Part shown: in pieces, positions 8,986 to 19,297 of the stretch
How the letters are laid out: every line of letters begins with the position of its first letter
Position numbering within the stretch: position 1 is the stretch's first letter
Origin: Vicinamibacteria bacterium
Lineage (GTDB): Bacteria > Acidobacteriota > Vicinamibacteria > Marinacidobacterales > Marinacidobacteraceae
NCBI GenBank assembly: GCA_963668695.2
Contig: CAXXLQ010000004.1
Coordinates: 1,344,001-1,408,000, forward strand
DNA: 64,000 nucleotides
Reading direction: 5' to 3'
Made by a program: the position numbers and the translations under genes
The notes under the pieces: model-generated
Database searches by the model: none
What the model was told of the DNA's origin: nothing
The model's input: only the letters and a program-made list of their open reading frames with translations

Positions 8986-11793
8986 ATGGCCCCCGAAATC
9001 TCGGTCCCCGTCAAGGTCCGGACCCTGGGCAACGGCCTCCGGGTGCTGCTCCACGAGGACCGCCGTCTCCCCGTCGTGCACGTGGCGCTTTGGTACCACG
9101 TCGGTTCAAAGAACGAGCAGCCGTGGCGCACCGGGTTCGCCCACCTCTTCGAGCACCTCATGTTCGAGGGCTCCCGCCACAACAGCAGCCACTTCATCCG
9201 GCTGATGGAGCGGGCCGGCGCGAGCCTGTCGGCCGGCGGGGTGAACGGGACGACGAGCCACGACCGGACGAACTACTACGAGACCGTGCCGAAGGAGGCT
9301 CTCGGGCTCGCGCTCTGGGCCGAATCGGACCGGATGGCGTATCTCCTCGATGTCCTCGACCAGACCAAACTGGACACCCAGCGCGAGGTCGTGAGAAACG
9401 AGCGCTTGCAGCGCATGGACAACGTGCCCTACGGAACGGCGTGGGAAAAGATGTTCCACGCGCTCTTTCCCCCGGGTCATCCGTATTCGTGGGACGTCAT
9501 CGGGGACATGGCCCACCTGGCCGCCGCCGACCTCTCCGAGGTCCACGAGTTCTTCCGCACCTGGTACGCACCGAACAACGCAGTGCTGGTAGTCGCCGGC
9601 GACTACGACGAGCGACGGGCGCTGGAGTTGGTCCGGCGCTACTTCGGGTCGATTCCGCCGGGCCGGGTTCCCGGCCGTCCGGTGTTCCCCCCCGTGAACC
9701 GGGCTGTCCATCGCCGCATCGTGGTGCCCGAAGAGGTGCCCCACGCGCGGCTCTACTGCGGGTGGTCCACGGTGCCGTTCTTCCACCAAGACGAGCCCGC
9801 GCTCGACATGCTGTCCGATGTCCTCTCGGACGGGCTGAACTCTCGGCTCTATCGCCGGATGGTCTATGAGGACCGGACCGCGTCCGATGTCAGCGCGTTT
9901 CATTACTCGCTCGAATCGGGCGGACTCACGGGCGTGGTGGCCACCGCCCGCCCGGAAGTGTCGCTCTCGCGCCTTCGCGATCAAATGGACGAGGAACTCA
10001 CCCGGATGGCGGACGAGGGACCGACCGAGGACGAGTTGCTGCGGGTGAAGGCGGCGACCCAGGTGGCCTTTGTGGGCGCCCTGGAGCGGCTCGCGACCAA
10101 GGCGGACCTTCTCGCCCGCTACGCGACCTTCGCCGGCGACCCCGGCAAGCTATCGGAGCACTGGGTCCGCTACCGGGAAGTCAGCCGGGAAGATCTGCAG
10201 CGCGCCGCGCGCAAGTATCTGCTCGGCCCCCGGGTGGAATTGCTCTACGGAGAGTCGGAAGCGGAAGGCGAGCCGCCGGTCGTTCCCGTAGCCATCGGAC
10301 CCGGCGAGTGGCAAACCCCCGCCGCGTCGCCCGCGCCCCGGGATCCGAAGCTCCGGGCCGAGCCGGACCGTTCTCGAGCTCCCCGCCGCGGACGACGGGG
10401 ACACGTCGAGCCTCCTTGTCCCGCGACTCGCGAGCTCGGGAATGGCATCCGCCTGTCCGTCGCGCCGCGCCACAATCTTCCCAAGATCATCGGAACGATC
10501 ATGATCCCCGCGGGGAAGCGCGACGAGCCCCGGAGGCTCGCTGGACTGGCGAGTCTCACCGCGGCGATGCTGAGTCGCGGAACGAAAAACCGCACCGCCA
10601 GCGAGTTTGAAGCCGAGGCGGACCGGGTCGGCGCCGAAGTCGGAGCGGGGGCCGGCACGGAGTTCGTGTCCGTTTCCTTCTCTTGCCTTTCCGAGCATCT
10701 GCGGGCGACGCTCGATCTGACCGCCGATCTCCTCCTGAATCCGGCATTCCCCGATGTGGAGCTGGAACGAATCGTTCCGCTCCGGCTCGACGACCTGAAG
10801 CAATCCCGCGCCGATCCGACCTCGGTGCTCCGCCGCATCGTTCGCCGCACGGCGTTTTCCGACGGGCATCCCTATGGCTGGCGCGGGGACGAGGCGACGC
10901 TGCCAGGCATTTCCACCGCCGATCTGGCGACCTTCCACGAAACGCATTTCCTGCCCGGTGGCGCGCAGGCCGTGGTGTGCGGGGATCTGGATCCGGATCG
11001 CGCGGCGGCAATCTTCGAGGAATTCTTCGGCGACTGGGCAGCGGCTCGTGCGGCTGAGCGGGAAGCGCCAACCGATCCTCCCGACGCGGAGACCGGGGTC
11101 CTGCTCCACCCGACCGGAAAGGAGAGTCCGCAGGCGGTGGTCGCCTGGCGGAAGCAGGGGCCGGGCCGGGACTCCGAAGACCGCCACGCGCTGCGGCTGG
11201 CGCTGCACATCCTGGGGGGCGGTTTTTCCAGCCGCCTCAATCTGAACCTGCGGGAACGGATGGGCGCCACCTACGGGGCCTTCACGGGAGCGCGGCAGCT
11301 CCTCCGTCGGTCCCTTCTCACGGCTTCCGCCTCCCTGAATATCGAGCAGGCGGCGCCCGCCATCCGGGAACTCCTGTCCGAGGTGGACGGCCTCGCTTCC
11401 GGGAAGCGGCCGATAAGGATGTGGGAGTTGCGGGAAGCGAAGCTGGCCGTCACGCGCACCTACGCGCAGCGGTTCGAGACCCTGGGAGGAGTGTGCGGCG
11501 TCATCGCCGCGATCCTCCAACGGGGTGCTGCGCTCTCCGATATCCGGGACTTCCCGGCCCGGGTCGAGGCCGTTACCCGTGGCGAGGTTGCCGAAGCCGC
11601 CTTCCGCTACCTCGGAAGCGACGGGAGCGCTCTGGTGGCGGTCGGTGACGAAGAGCGGCTGGGGCCGGCGCTCGAAGGTCTCGGCGCCGTGCGCCGGGTG
11701 GACGCCGAGGGAGCGCCCCTATCTGGAGCGCCCCTATCTGGAGCGCCCCTGTCTGGAGCGCCCCTGTCTGGAGCGCCCCTGTCTGCCGACTAG
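8986..11793 (+). CDS. M16 (pitrilysin/PqqL-like) zinc peptidase, fused two-subunit type
   Basis: Inverted zincin motif HLFEH, NGTTSHDRTNYYE, second half with SRLNLNLRE; start uncertain (8932 or 8986). Confidence 0.9.
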   Translation: MAPEISVPVKVRTLGNGLRVLLHEDRRLPVVHVALWYHVGSKNEQPWRTGFAHLFEHLMFEGSRHNSSHFIRLMERAGASLSAGGVNGTTSHDRTNYYETVPKEALGLALWAESDRMAYLLDVLDQTKLDTQREVVRNERLQRMDNVPYGTAWEKMFHALFPPGHPYSWDVIGDMAHLAAADLSEVHEFFRTWYAPNNAVLVVAGDYDERRALELVRRYFGSIPPGRVPGRPVFPPVNRAVHRRIVVPEEVPHARLYCGWSTVPFFHQDEPALDMLSDVLSDGLNSRLYRRMVYEDRTASDVSAFHYSLESGGLTGVVATARPEVSLSRLRDQMDEELTRMADEGPTEDELLRVKAATQVAFVGALERLATKADLLARYATFAGDPGKLSEHWVRYREVSREDLQRAARKYLLGPRVELLYGESEAEGEPPVVPVAIGPGEWQTPAASPAPRDPKLRAEPDRSRAPRRGRRGHVEPPCPATRELGNGIRLSVAPRHNLPKIIGTIMIPAGKRDEPRRLAGLASLTAAMLSRGTKNRTASEFEAEADRVGAEVGAGAGTEFVSVSFSCLSEHLRATLDLTADLLLNPAFPDVELERIVPLRLDDLKQSRADPTSVLRRIVRRTAFSDGHPYGWRGDEATLPGISTADLATFHETHFLPGGAQAVVCGDLDPDRAAAIFEEFFGDWAAARAAEREAPTDPPDAETGVLLHPTGKESPQAVVAWRKQGPGRDSEDRHALRLALHILGGGFSSRLNLNLRERMGATYGAFTGARQLLRRSLLTASASLNIEQAAPAIRELLSEVDGLASGKRPIRMWELREAKLAVTRTYAQRFETLGGVCGVIAAILQRGAALSDIRDFPARVEAVTRGEVAEAAFRYLGSDGSALVAVGDEERLGPALEGLGAVRRVDAEGAPLSGAPLSGAPLSGAPLSGAPLSAD
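11710..11784 (+). repeat. 15-bp tandem repeat x5 encoding GAPLS at the M16 C-terminus
   Basis: ggagcgcccct(a/g)tct repeated five times in frame. Confidence 0.95.
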
Positions 11794-11915
11794 CTAGTGG
11801 CCGGCGGCGGCGTAGTTCGATTTACCGGAGCCCGCGGCGCGGAGCGCCGCGGGGGAGGGGTGCGGAGAGGGGTTTCCCCTCCCCGCGAAAGAAGGTGGAG
11901 CGAATCGCTCCACCA
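11794..11915. repeat. Multi-hairpin intergenic element between convergent M16 and purF (terminator or MITE remnant)
   Basis: Stems cccgcggcgc-gga-gcgccgcggg, ggggagggg...cccctcccc, ggtggagcga-a-tcgctccacc. Confidence 0.55.
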
Positions 11916-12005
11916 CCCCGGGGAGTGAGCGCCCCCATCCGGAGGAGCCGGCGGACTGTGCCTGTTCGCGATTGTCGGCGGGCACGCCGCTCTCTCCCCG
12001 GGAGG

Positions 12006-13469
12006 TCAGTTCCGGTCTTTTCCGAAGAGGCTGCGCGCGCGGTCGGGTTCCGGAACCGGTAGCGGGTAGTTGCCCGAGAAGCACGCCGTGCAGTAACGGT
12101 CCCGGTCCTCTTCCACCGAGTCTTCGAGGGCCTCGAGGGGCAAGTAGGCGAGGCTGTCCGCGTCCAGGTACTGCCGGATCTCTTCCACCGACTGCTGGGC
12201 CGCGATCAGCTCCGAGCGGAGCGGGGTGTCGATGCCGTAGTGGCAGGGCCCGGTGGTCGGGGGCGAGGAGACCCGGAAATGGACCTCGGTGGCGCCGGCG
12301 TTCCGCGCCATCTGCACCAGCTTGCGGCTCGTGGTGCCCCGTACGATGGAATCGTCGACGAGGATGACCCGGCGGCCGTTGAGGACCGCCGGGACCGGGT
12401 TCAACTTCACCCTCACCCCGAAGTTCCGGATGGACTGCCGCGGCTCGATGAAGGTCCGTCCGACGTAGTGGTTGCGGATGAGCCCCATCTCCAGGGGAAT
12501 CCCGGTGGCTTGCGAGTAGCCGATCGCCGCGATCAGCCCCGAGTCCGGAACCGGGACCACGACGTCGGCGTCCACTCCGGTGTGTTTCGCGAGGCTCTCG
12601 CCCAGCTTGATCCGGGTCTTGTAGACGTCCCGGCCGAACACCCGGCTGTCGGGGCGGGCGAAATAGACGTGCTCGAAGATGCACTGGGAAATCGGCGCCT
12701 CGTCGAAGACCTTCAGCGAGTGGACGCCGTCTCCGTCGATCCGGATCATCTCCCCGGCGTCGATATCCCGGATGTACTCCCCGTCCACCAGGTCGAGCGC
12801 GCAGGTTTCCGAGCAGACCACGTACCCGTCACCCGCTTTGCCGAGCAGCAGCGGCCGGAACCCCCGGGGGTCTCTAACCGCGTAGAGCGCGTCTTCGGTC
12901 AGGAACAGGAGTGAAAAGGCGCCCTCGGCCTGGCGAACCGCCTCGGCTACCGCTTCGATCTCCTCGGTCTGCCCGGACTTGGCGAACAGGTGAACGAGCA
13001 CTTCGGTGTCGCTCGTCGTGCGGAAGATGGAGCCGCGCTGGACCAGCGCGTGCCGGAGGATGTGGGCGTTCACCAGGTTGCCGTTGTGACAGACCGCGAG
13101 GTGACCGAACTTGCACTCGATCTGGATGGGCTGGATGTTCTTGGGGCTGCTGTCACCGGACGTCGAGTAGCGCGTGTGCCCGATCGCCGCCCGCCCGACG
13201 AGGGTGTCGAGCGCTTCCATGTCGAAGACATCCGCCACAAGCCCCGGGCCGTTCACTCCGACGAGGCCATTCCGGTCCGGGGATGCGGCCACGATCCCCG
13301 CGGCTTCCTGCCCGCGGTGTTGGAGCGCGTAGAGCCCCAGATAGGCGAGGCGCGCGGCCTCCGGGTGGTTCCAGACCCCCACCACCCCGCACTCTTCGTG
13401 GAACCGGTCCGAAGAATCCCTGCCGGGAGGACCGGGGTGATCTACTACCGGGAGTTCGATCTGGCTCAC
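12006..13469 (-). CDS. purF: Amidophosphoribosyltransferase
   Basis: Propeptide then EECGVVG, LQHRGQE, GHTRYST, HNGNLVN, VDDSIVRGTT; Fe-S cysteines CIFE, PCHYG, CTAC. Confidence 0.97.
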   Translation of the reverse strand: MSQIELPVVDHPGPPGRDSSDRFHEECGVVGVWNHPEAARLAYLGLYALQHRGQEAAGIVAASPDRNGLVGVNGPGLVADVFDMEALDTLVGRAAIGHTRYSTSGDSSPKNIQPIQIECKFGHLAVCHNGNLVNAHILRHALVQRGSIFRTTSDTEVLVHLFAKSGQTEEIEAVAEAVRQAEGAFSLLFLTEDALYAVRDPRGFRPLLLGKAGDGYVVCSETCALDLVDGEYIRDIDAGEMIRIDGDGVHSLKVFDEAPISQCIFEHVYFARPDSRVFGRDVYKTRIKLGESLAKHTGVDADVVVPVPDSGLIAAIGYSQATGIPLEMGLIRNHYVGRTFIEPRQSIRNFGVRVKLNPVPAVLNGRRVILVDDSIVRGTTSRKLVQMARNAGATEVHFRVSSPPTTGPCHYGIDTPLRSELIAAQQSVEEIRQYLDADSLAYLPLEALEDSVEEDRDRYCTACFSGNYPLPVPEPDRARSLFGKDRN

Positions 13470-13488
13470 CCGCGCATCCTACCCGGAC

Positions 13489-13508
13489 GTGACTTTGTCC
13501 ACCGGCTG
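13489..13508. mobile_element. Solo MITE terminal repeat
   Basis: gtgactttgtccaccggctg immediately followed by cta (purL stop codon on the minus strand). Confidence 0.65.
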
Positions 13509-15731
13509 CTACGCGGTGGCCAGCCGGCCGAGGCTGTTCCGGAACGTGTCGGCAAGACTCTGGATCTCCAGATCCACCGTGCGCACCCCGTTCACCCGCG
13601 TCCGGAGCGAGCCGCCGCCGACCACCCCGATCGGCGCGAGAGGGACGCCCTCGCGGGAGGCGAGCGCCGCGAGAGCGTCCGCGTCCCGCGGTCGGACGCT
13701 GACGAGCGCCCGGGCCGGCGATTCTCCGAACAGGACTCCCTCCAGCCGCTGAGCGCATTCGATCTCAAGTTCCGCGCCAAGGACCGAGCTGTCCGGGGCG
13801 AAGAGACTCTCCACCACGGCCGCAGCGAGCCCCCCCTCGGAGAGATCGCGCGCGGAGGCGGCCAACCCCTCCGCTCCGGCCGCCCGCAGGAAGGCCCCGA
13901 GCCGGACTTCCGCGTCCAGGTCGGGTTTCGGCGGCCGTCCGTCGGTGCGGCCGTGGCGTACTTTCAGGTAGGCGCTCGCACCGAGCGAGTCCGTTCCCTC
14001 GGGTCCCGCCAGGAAGATTCGGTCTCCCGGCTCGGCAAAGTGCTGGGGGATCCGTTTCGCCACGTCGGGAAGCACTCCCACCACTCCGACCACCGGCGTG
14101 GAAAAAATGCCCTTTCCCTCGGTCTCGTTGTAGAAGCTGACGTTGCCTCCGGTAATGGGAACGCCCAGCGCCCTGAGGGCTTCGCCCATCCCGGCGATGG
14201 CCTCGGTGAACTCCCACATGATCTCGGGCCGCTCGGGGTTCCCGAAGTTGAGGCAGTTGGTCGCCCCCACCGGGGTGGCGCCCACCGCGGCCAGATTCCG
14301 GCACGCCTCGGCAACCGCAAGCGCTCCGCCCCGCCGGGGGTCCCGGGCGGTGTAGCGGCCGTTCCCGTCGAGGGTCATGGCGAGGCCCAGCGGCAATCCC
14401 TTGATCCGCACCACCCCGGCGTCGCCCCCCGGGCGGACGATGGTGTCGCTGCGGACCATGTGGTCGTACTGCTCGTAGACGAACCGGCGGCTCGCGAGTT
14501 CCGCCGATCCGGCCATCTCCCGAACCGCGCCGTTCCAGTCGGAGGGCTCGGGGAGATCCTTCGGGGTGACCTCGGGGGTGGGCCACCATGCCGGCTGCTC
14601 GACCGGGCGGTCGAGCGCCGGGGCGTCCTCGGTCAGCGCCCGGCAGGGAACTTCCGCGGCGACCTTCCCCTGGTGCCGCACCCGGAGCAGACCGTCGCCA
14701 CTCACCGTTCCAATGGCGGCCGCGTCGAGGTCCCACTTGTCGAACGCCCGCTCCACCTCCGCCTCGTGGCCGTCGCGGACCACCAGGAGCATCCGCTCCT
14801 GGGATTCCGAGAGCATGATCTCGTAGGCGTTCATGCCGGTCTCGCGCTGGGCGACCATGTCGAGATCGATATCCGCTCCCGCGCCGCCCCGCGCCGCCAC
14901 TTCCGCGGTTGAGCAGGTGAGTCCCGCCGCTCCCATGTCCTGGACGGCGATCAACGCGTCGCCCCGCATGAGCTCGAGGCACGCCTCCATGAGCAGTTTT
15001 TCGAGGAACGGATCGCCCACCTGCACCGTCGGCCGTTTCGCCTCGGCCTCCTCGTCGAAGGCCGCCGACGCCATGGACGCGCCGTGGATGCCGTCGCGTC
15101 CCGTCTTGCTGCCCACGCACCAGATCGGGCTGCCCGGTGAGTCGGCGCGAGCCCGGAAGATCCGGTCCGCGGGCGCGATTCCGAGCGCGAAGGCGTTGAC
15201 CAGGGGATTCAGGGAGTAGCAGTCCTCGAAGAAGACCTCCCCGCCCACCGTCGGGATCCCCATGCTGTTCCCGTAGTTGGCGATCCCGGCGACGGCGCCG
15301 GTGAAAAGGGCGCGGTTCTTCGGAACCGTCAGCGGTCCGAAGCGGAGGGAGTTCATCAGGGCCACGGGACGGGCGCCCATCGTGAAGATGTCGCGCAGGA
15401 TGCCGCCGACGCCGGTGGCGGCGCCCTGGAACGGTTCGATGAAGGTCGGATGGTTGTGCGATTCGACCTTGAACACGGCCGCGAGTCCCTCGCCGATAGC
15501 GACCGCGCCCGCGTTTTCTCCCGGCCCCTCGAGGACCTGCGGCGACTCGGTAGGGAAGCGTGCGAGGTGGCGCCGCGAGGACTTGTAGGAGCAGTGCTCC
15601 GACCACATCGCGGAGAACATGCCGAGTTCCGTGACGTTGGGGGTGCGTCCCAGTCGTTCGGAGATCTGCTCGAACTCCCCGGCGGACAGTCCGGAGGCGA
15701 GCGCCGCCTCGACGGTCGCGGGTGCGCTCAT
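13509..15731 (-). CDS. purL: Phosphoribosylformylglycinamidine synthase subunit PurL
   Basis: [51 protein letters not shown]; ATG at 15731 overlaps purQ stop. Confidence 0.97.
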   Translation of the reverse strand: MSAPATVEAALASGLSAGEFEQISERLGRTPNVTELGMFSAMWSEHCSYKSSRRHLARFPTESPQVLEGPGENAGAVAIGEGLAAVFKVESHNHPTFIEPFQGAATGVGGILRDIFTMGARPVALMNSLRFGPLTVPKNRALFTGAVAGIANYGNSMGIPTVGGEVFFEDCYSLNPLVNAFALGIAPADRIFRARADSPGSPIWCVGSKTGRDGIHGASMASAAFDEEAEAKRPTVQVGDPFLEKLLMEACLELMRGDALIAVQDMGAAGLTCSTAEVAARGGAGADIDLDMVAQRETGMNAYEIMLSESQERMLLVVRDGHEAEVERAFDKWDLDAAAIGTVSGDGLLRVRHQGKVAAEVPCRALTEDAPALDRPVEQPAWWPTPEVTPKDLPEPSDWNGAVREMAGSAELASRRFVYEQYDHMVRSDTIVRPGGDAGVVRIKGLPLGLAMTLDGNGRYTARDPRRGGALAVAEACRNLAAVGATPVGATNCLNFGNPERPEIMWEFTEAIAGMGEALRALGVPITGGNVSFYNETEGKGIFSTPVVGVVGVLPDVAKRIPQHFAEPGDRIFLAGPEGTDSLGASAYLKVRHGRTDGRPPKPDLDAEVRLGAFLRAAGAEGLAASARDLSEGGLAAAVVESLFAPDSSVLGAELEIECAQRLEGVLFGESPARALVSVRPRDADALAALASREGVPLAPIGVVGGGSLRTRVNGVRTVDLEIQSLADTFRNSLGRLATA

Positions 15732-16423
15732 CCTTGGGTGAACCGCTGCAGGCTCTCGAAGAGATAGCGTCCGTCGGCGCCGCCGAGCGCCGTTTCGTAG
15801 GCCCGGTCCGGATGGGGCATGAGCGCGGCGACGTTCCCCCGGCGGTTCCGCACCCCGGCGATGTTGTTTCTCGATCCGTTGGGGTTCGCGGCTTCGGTGA
15901 TCTCCCCGTCCTGCTCGCAGTAGCGGAAGATCACCTGCTCCCCGGCTTCCAGCGTGTCGAGGACATCGTCGTCGGCGCGGAAGTTCCCCTCCGCGTGTCC
16001 TACCGGGAGGCGGAGCGTGGCGCCGGGTTCCAGCCCGCAGGTGAGCGCGGACGGGCCGCCTTCGACCCGGACCTCCACGTCGCGGCATACGTAGGTGAGC
16101 GAGCGGTTGCGCAGCATCGCCCCCGGGAGCAGTCCGGCTTCCTGGAGGATCTGGAAGCCGTTGCAAATCCCTACCACCGCCCGTCCGCTCTCCGCCATCC
16201 GCGCGAGCGGCTCCATCACCGGTGAGAAGCGGGCGAGACCGCCTGCCCGCAGGTAGTCGCCGTGGGCGAAGCCGCCGGGAACCACTGCGGCGTCGAAGCC
16301 GTCGAGCGAGCCCTCCTTGTGCCAGACGAGTTCGGCTGGCTGGCCGGTCACCGTCCGGAGCCCGTGGAGTACGTCGCCTTCGCAGTTCGTCCCGGGGAAG
16401 ACGAGGACCGCGAAGCGCGCCAT
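15728..16423 (-). CDS. purQ: FGAM synthase glutaminase subunit PurQ
   Basis: [34 protein letters not shown]. Confidence 0.97.
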   Translation of the reverse strand: MARFAVLVFPGTNCEGDVLHGLRTVTGQPAELVWHKEGSLDGFDAAVVPGGFAHGDYLRAGGLARFSPVMEPLARMAESGRAVVGICNGFQILQEAGLLPGAMLRNRSLTYVCRDVEVRVEGGPSALTCGLEPGATLRLPVGHAEGNFRADDDVLDTLEAGEQVIFRYCEQDGEITEAANPNGSRNNIAGVRNRRGNVAALMPHPDRAYETALGGADGRYLFESLQRFTQG

Positions 16424-16674
16424 CAGTCGAGCAGGACCCGGACGCTGAAGTCCTCGAGCACCGGGTTCGCGAGCACCTTCGAGGCGATCTCCTCCGCGCG
16501 GGTTCTCGCTTCGGTGGCCGAATCGGCGGTCACTTCCAAGTCGAACATCTTCCCCTGGCGCACCGAATCCGCGCTGAGGCGCGGGTCCGTGGCGATCGCC
16601 CGGCGGATCGCTTCGCCCTGCGGGTCATAAACCGAGGGGCGCAGGCGCACCAGTACCCGGATCCGGAACTTCAT
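16423..16674 (-). CDS. purS: FGAM synthase subunit PurS
   Basis: [21 protein letters not shown]. Confidence 0.95.
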   Translation of the reverse strand: MKFRIRVLVRLRPSVYDPQGEAIRRAIATDPRLSADSVRQGKMFDLEVTADSATEARTRAEEIASKVLANPVLEDFSVRVLLD

Positions 16675-17978
16675 CCGTCGTTCTCCGCGAAGACCCGCTC
16701 GAACACCAGGTCGAGGTGCCTGAGGTGCACGTCCAGATCGAACGCCGCATCGAGTTCCTCCGGTTTGAGGATCTTCGTGATCCGCTCGTCCTCGTCGAGC
16801 CGTTCGCGCAGCGAACCGCCGCCCTCCCAGAGGCGCATCGCCGCTCCCTGCACCATCCGGTAGGCGTCCTCGCGGGAGATCCCCCGGGCGGCGAGGTCGA
16901 GCAGCACCTGGCCGCTGAAGACCATGCCGTTCATCCGGTTCAGGTTATCGAGCATGGATTCGGCGCGGACCACCAGCCCGTCGAGGATCCGGGTCATCCG
17001 CAGCAGGATGTGATCGGCGAGCAGGAAGCTCTGGGGAATCGCCATCCGTTCCGCCGAGGAGTGGGAGATGTCCCGCTCGTTCCAGAGCGCGATGTTCTCG
17101 AGCGCCGGAAGCACATTCGCGCGGATGATCCGGGCCAGGCCGCAGACCTGTTCGCAGCCGACCGGGTTGCGCTTGTGGGGCATCGCCGAGGAACCTTTCT
17201 GGCCCCGGCCGAAGGGCTCCTCCAGTTCCCGGATCTCGGTGCGCTGGAGATTCCGGACCTCGGTGGCGATCTTCTCGAGCGTGCCGGCGAGGATGGCCAG
17301 CGCGGCCGCGAGTTCGGCGTGCCGGTCGCGCTGGATGACCTGGGTGGAGATGGGGGCGGGACGAATTCCCAGGGAGTCACAGACTCTTTTTTCTACGCTC
17401 GGGGGCAGGTGGGCGAAGGTGCCCACGGCGCCGCTCAGCTTTCCCACCGCTACCGCTTCGCGCGCCGCCGAGAGACGGCGGTGGTTCCGTCCCATCTCCG
17501 CCCACCAGAGCGCGAGCTTCATCCCGAACGTCATCGGCTCGGCGTGGACCCCGTGGGTGCGCCCGACCATGACCGTGTGGCGGTGCTCCGCCGCCCGGCG
17601 CTTCAGGACCTCGCGCAGGTTCTCGATGCGGCTCAGGATCAGGTCCGCGGAGCGGGAGAGGCGGGTGGCCAGCGCGGTGTCCACCACGTCGGAGCTGGTG
17701 AGTCCGAAGTGGATCCAGCGTCCCTCGGCGCCCACGTGTTCGGCCATGGACTGGGTGAAGGCGACCACGTCGTGCTGGACCGTCTTCTCGATCTCGTGGA
17801 TGCGGGCGATGTCGAAACCGGCCCGCTCCCGGATCGCGGCGGCGGCCGCAGCGGGGACGATCCCTTCGGCCGCCATCGCCTGGGCGGCGGCGATCTCAAC
17901 CTCCATCCAGGATGTGAACTGGGCTTCGTCGGTCCAGATCGCCCCCATCTCGGGGCGAACGTAGCGGTCGGTCAGCAC
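16671..17978 (-). CDS. purB: Adenylosuccinate lyase
   Basis: HFGLTSSDV, GRTHGVHAEP, GSSAMPHKRNP; GTG start (LTDRYVRPEM) inferred. Confidence 0.97.
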   Translation of the reverse strand: MLTDRYVRPEMGAIWTDEAQFTSWMEVEIAAAQAMAAEGIVPAAAAAAIRERAGFDIARIHEIEKTVQHDVVAFTQSMAEHVGAEGRWIHFGLTSSDVVDTALATRLSRSADLILSRIENLREVLKRRAAEHRHTVMVGRTHGVHAEPMTFGMKLALWWAEMGRNHRRLSAAREAVAVGKLSGAVGTFAHLPPSVEKRVCDSLGIRPAPISTQVIQRDRHAELAAALAILAGTLEKIATEVRNLQRTEIRELEEPFGRGQKGSSAMPHKRNPVGCEQVCGLARIIRANVLPALENIALWNERDISHSSAERMAIPQSFLLADHILLRMTRILDGLVVRAESMLDNLNRMNGMVFSGQVLLDLAARGISREDAYRMVQGAAMRLWEGGGSLRERLDEDERITKILKPEELDAAFDLDVHLRHLDLVFERVFAENDG

Positions 17979-17982
17979 CGAC

Positions 17983-18837
17983 TCAGACGGGGCGGAACAG
18001 GGGGGCCGCGTATCCGACCCACGCCCGAGGGGTGGTGCCGGAATCGTCGTCCCGCCGGGCGCGAATCTCGTCGGTGAGCGCGTGCCGGCTGGCGGCAAGG
18101 AGGCGCACTTCCTCGCGGCCGCCGGCGTCCAGCGCGACACGGGCCGTCTCGAGCGCCAGCTCGGGCGAGTTCGTGTTCTCCGAGAGATGGGCGAGCACCA
18201 CGGTCTTCACCGAGGACGGGAGCTGTCTCCGCAGGTACAGAGCCAGGGCGCCGTTCGACAGGTGACCCCGCGTCGAGGCGATCCGTTGCCGAATGGAGAA
18301 GGGGTAGCGGCTCTCGAAGAGCTGCTGCTCGTCGTAGTTCGACTCGATCAGCAACACTGAGGCGCCCTCGATGGCGTCTTCCATGTCCCGCGAGATGTGG
18401 CCGAAATCCGTGACGTGCACGAGCGCCGCGCCGCCGCGTTCGAACCGGAAGCCGATCGGCTCCCGGGCGTCGTGGGGCGTCCGGAACGGGCTGACGGTTA
18501 CGGTGCCGATGCGTCGCGGTTCGCCGGAGACAAGCGGGATCCAGGAAGGGGGCTCGGCTCCGTTCCTGGTCTCGAGGCAACTCCAGGTCCCCTCGGTGCA
18601 GGCCACCGGAAGGCCGTGGCGGGTGGCGAACATCACCGCGCTCCGGGAGTGGTCCCCGTGCTCGTGCGAGACGAGCACCGCAGCGATTTCCGAGGGTGTG
18701 CGTCCGGCCGCCGCGATCCGCTTCTCCAGTTCCCGGCAGGAAAGCCCGGCCTCGACCAGCAGGGTGGTGGGTCCCGACGAGATCAGCCCCGCGTTGCCGG
18801 AACTCCCGGAGCCGAGGACGCGCAGGCTGATTTCCAT
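17983..18837 (-). CDS. MBL-fold metallo-hydrolase (YycJ/WalJ-like)
   Basis: LGSGSSGN, SHEHGDH, TPHDA, IESNYD, GHLSN, LAHLSENTN. Confidence 0.88.
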   Translation of the reverse strand: MEISLRVLGSGSSGNAGLISSGPTTLLVEAGLSCRELEKRIAAAGRTPSEIAAVLVSHEHGDHSRSAVMFATRHGLPVACTEGTWSCLETRNGAEPPSWIPLVSGEPRRIGTVTVSPFRTPHDAREPIGFRFERGGAALVHVTDFGHISRDMEDAIEGASVLLIESNYDEQQLFESRYPFSIRQRIASTRGHLSNGALALYLRRQLPSSVKTVVLAHLSENTNSPELALETARVALDAGGREEVRLLAASRHALTDEIRARRDDDSGTTPRAWVGYAAPLFRPV

Positions 18838-18996
18838 GGGAAGGAGCCTCAGAAAAGAGCGGAGAACAGGGGTTTCGGAGGCGGGCAGACTACCACCCGT
18901 ACGCGCGACCCGTCAACGCCCGGACCCCAACATATTGGGGTCCTGTTCCGAGCCAACCACAACCGGTTGTGGAAAGCAGGGAACGCCGTCTCCCGT

Positions 18997-19204
18997 TGTG
19001 GCGTCAAGGCTGGGAACGCCGATCTTCAGACCGGCACCGCGGCCCGCAGGGCCGCGAGACCGCGTACTGCCGATCTGCGTCAAGGACGATCCGCAAGGGA
19101 ACGCCGACCTCCGGCCGGCACGCGCTGGCCGGAGGCCAGCGCACGGCGCATCGCCGCTCCCTCTCGCGGGATGCAGGCAAGGGAAGGCCGACCTCCGGCC
19201 CGCA
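18997..19204 (+). repeat. REP-like cluster (three copies) within a longer ~80-bp repeat
   Basis: Copies at 19012-19036, 19097-19120 and 19181-19204; 18997-19075 is homologous (inverted) to 21780-21853. Confidence 0.75.
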
Positions 19205-19297
19205 CAGCCAGCCGAAGGCTGGCGAACTGCGTACAGCCACCCTACCCGAGGCGCGCACAAAAGCGTGCACCCCCACCCGGCGTTATCGTGGCCCCCA

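Noticed and set aside
12990-14912. 640-aa plus-strand ORF and similar long overlapping ORFs
   Set aside because: Shadow frames of purF/purL, typical of high-GC DNA.
18840-19297. Purine riboswitch or tRNA upstream of the pur genes
   Set aside because: No recognisable consensus; the structure is explained by REP-like copies.
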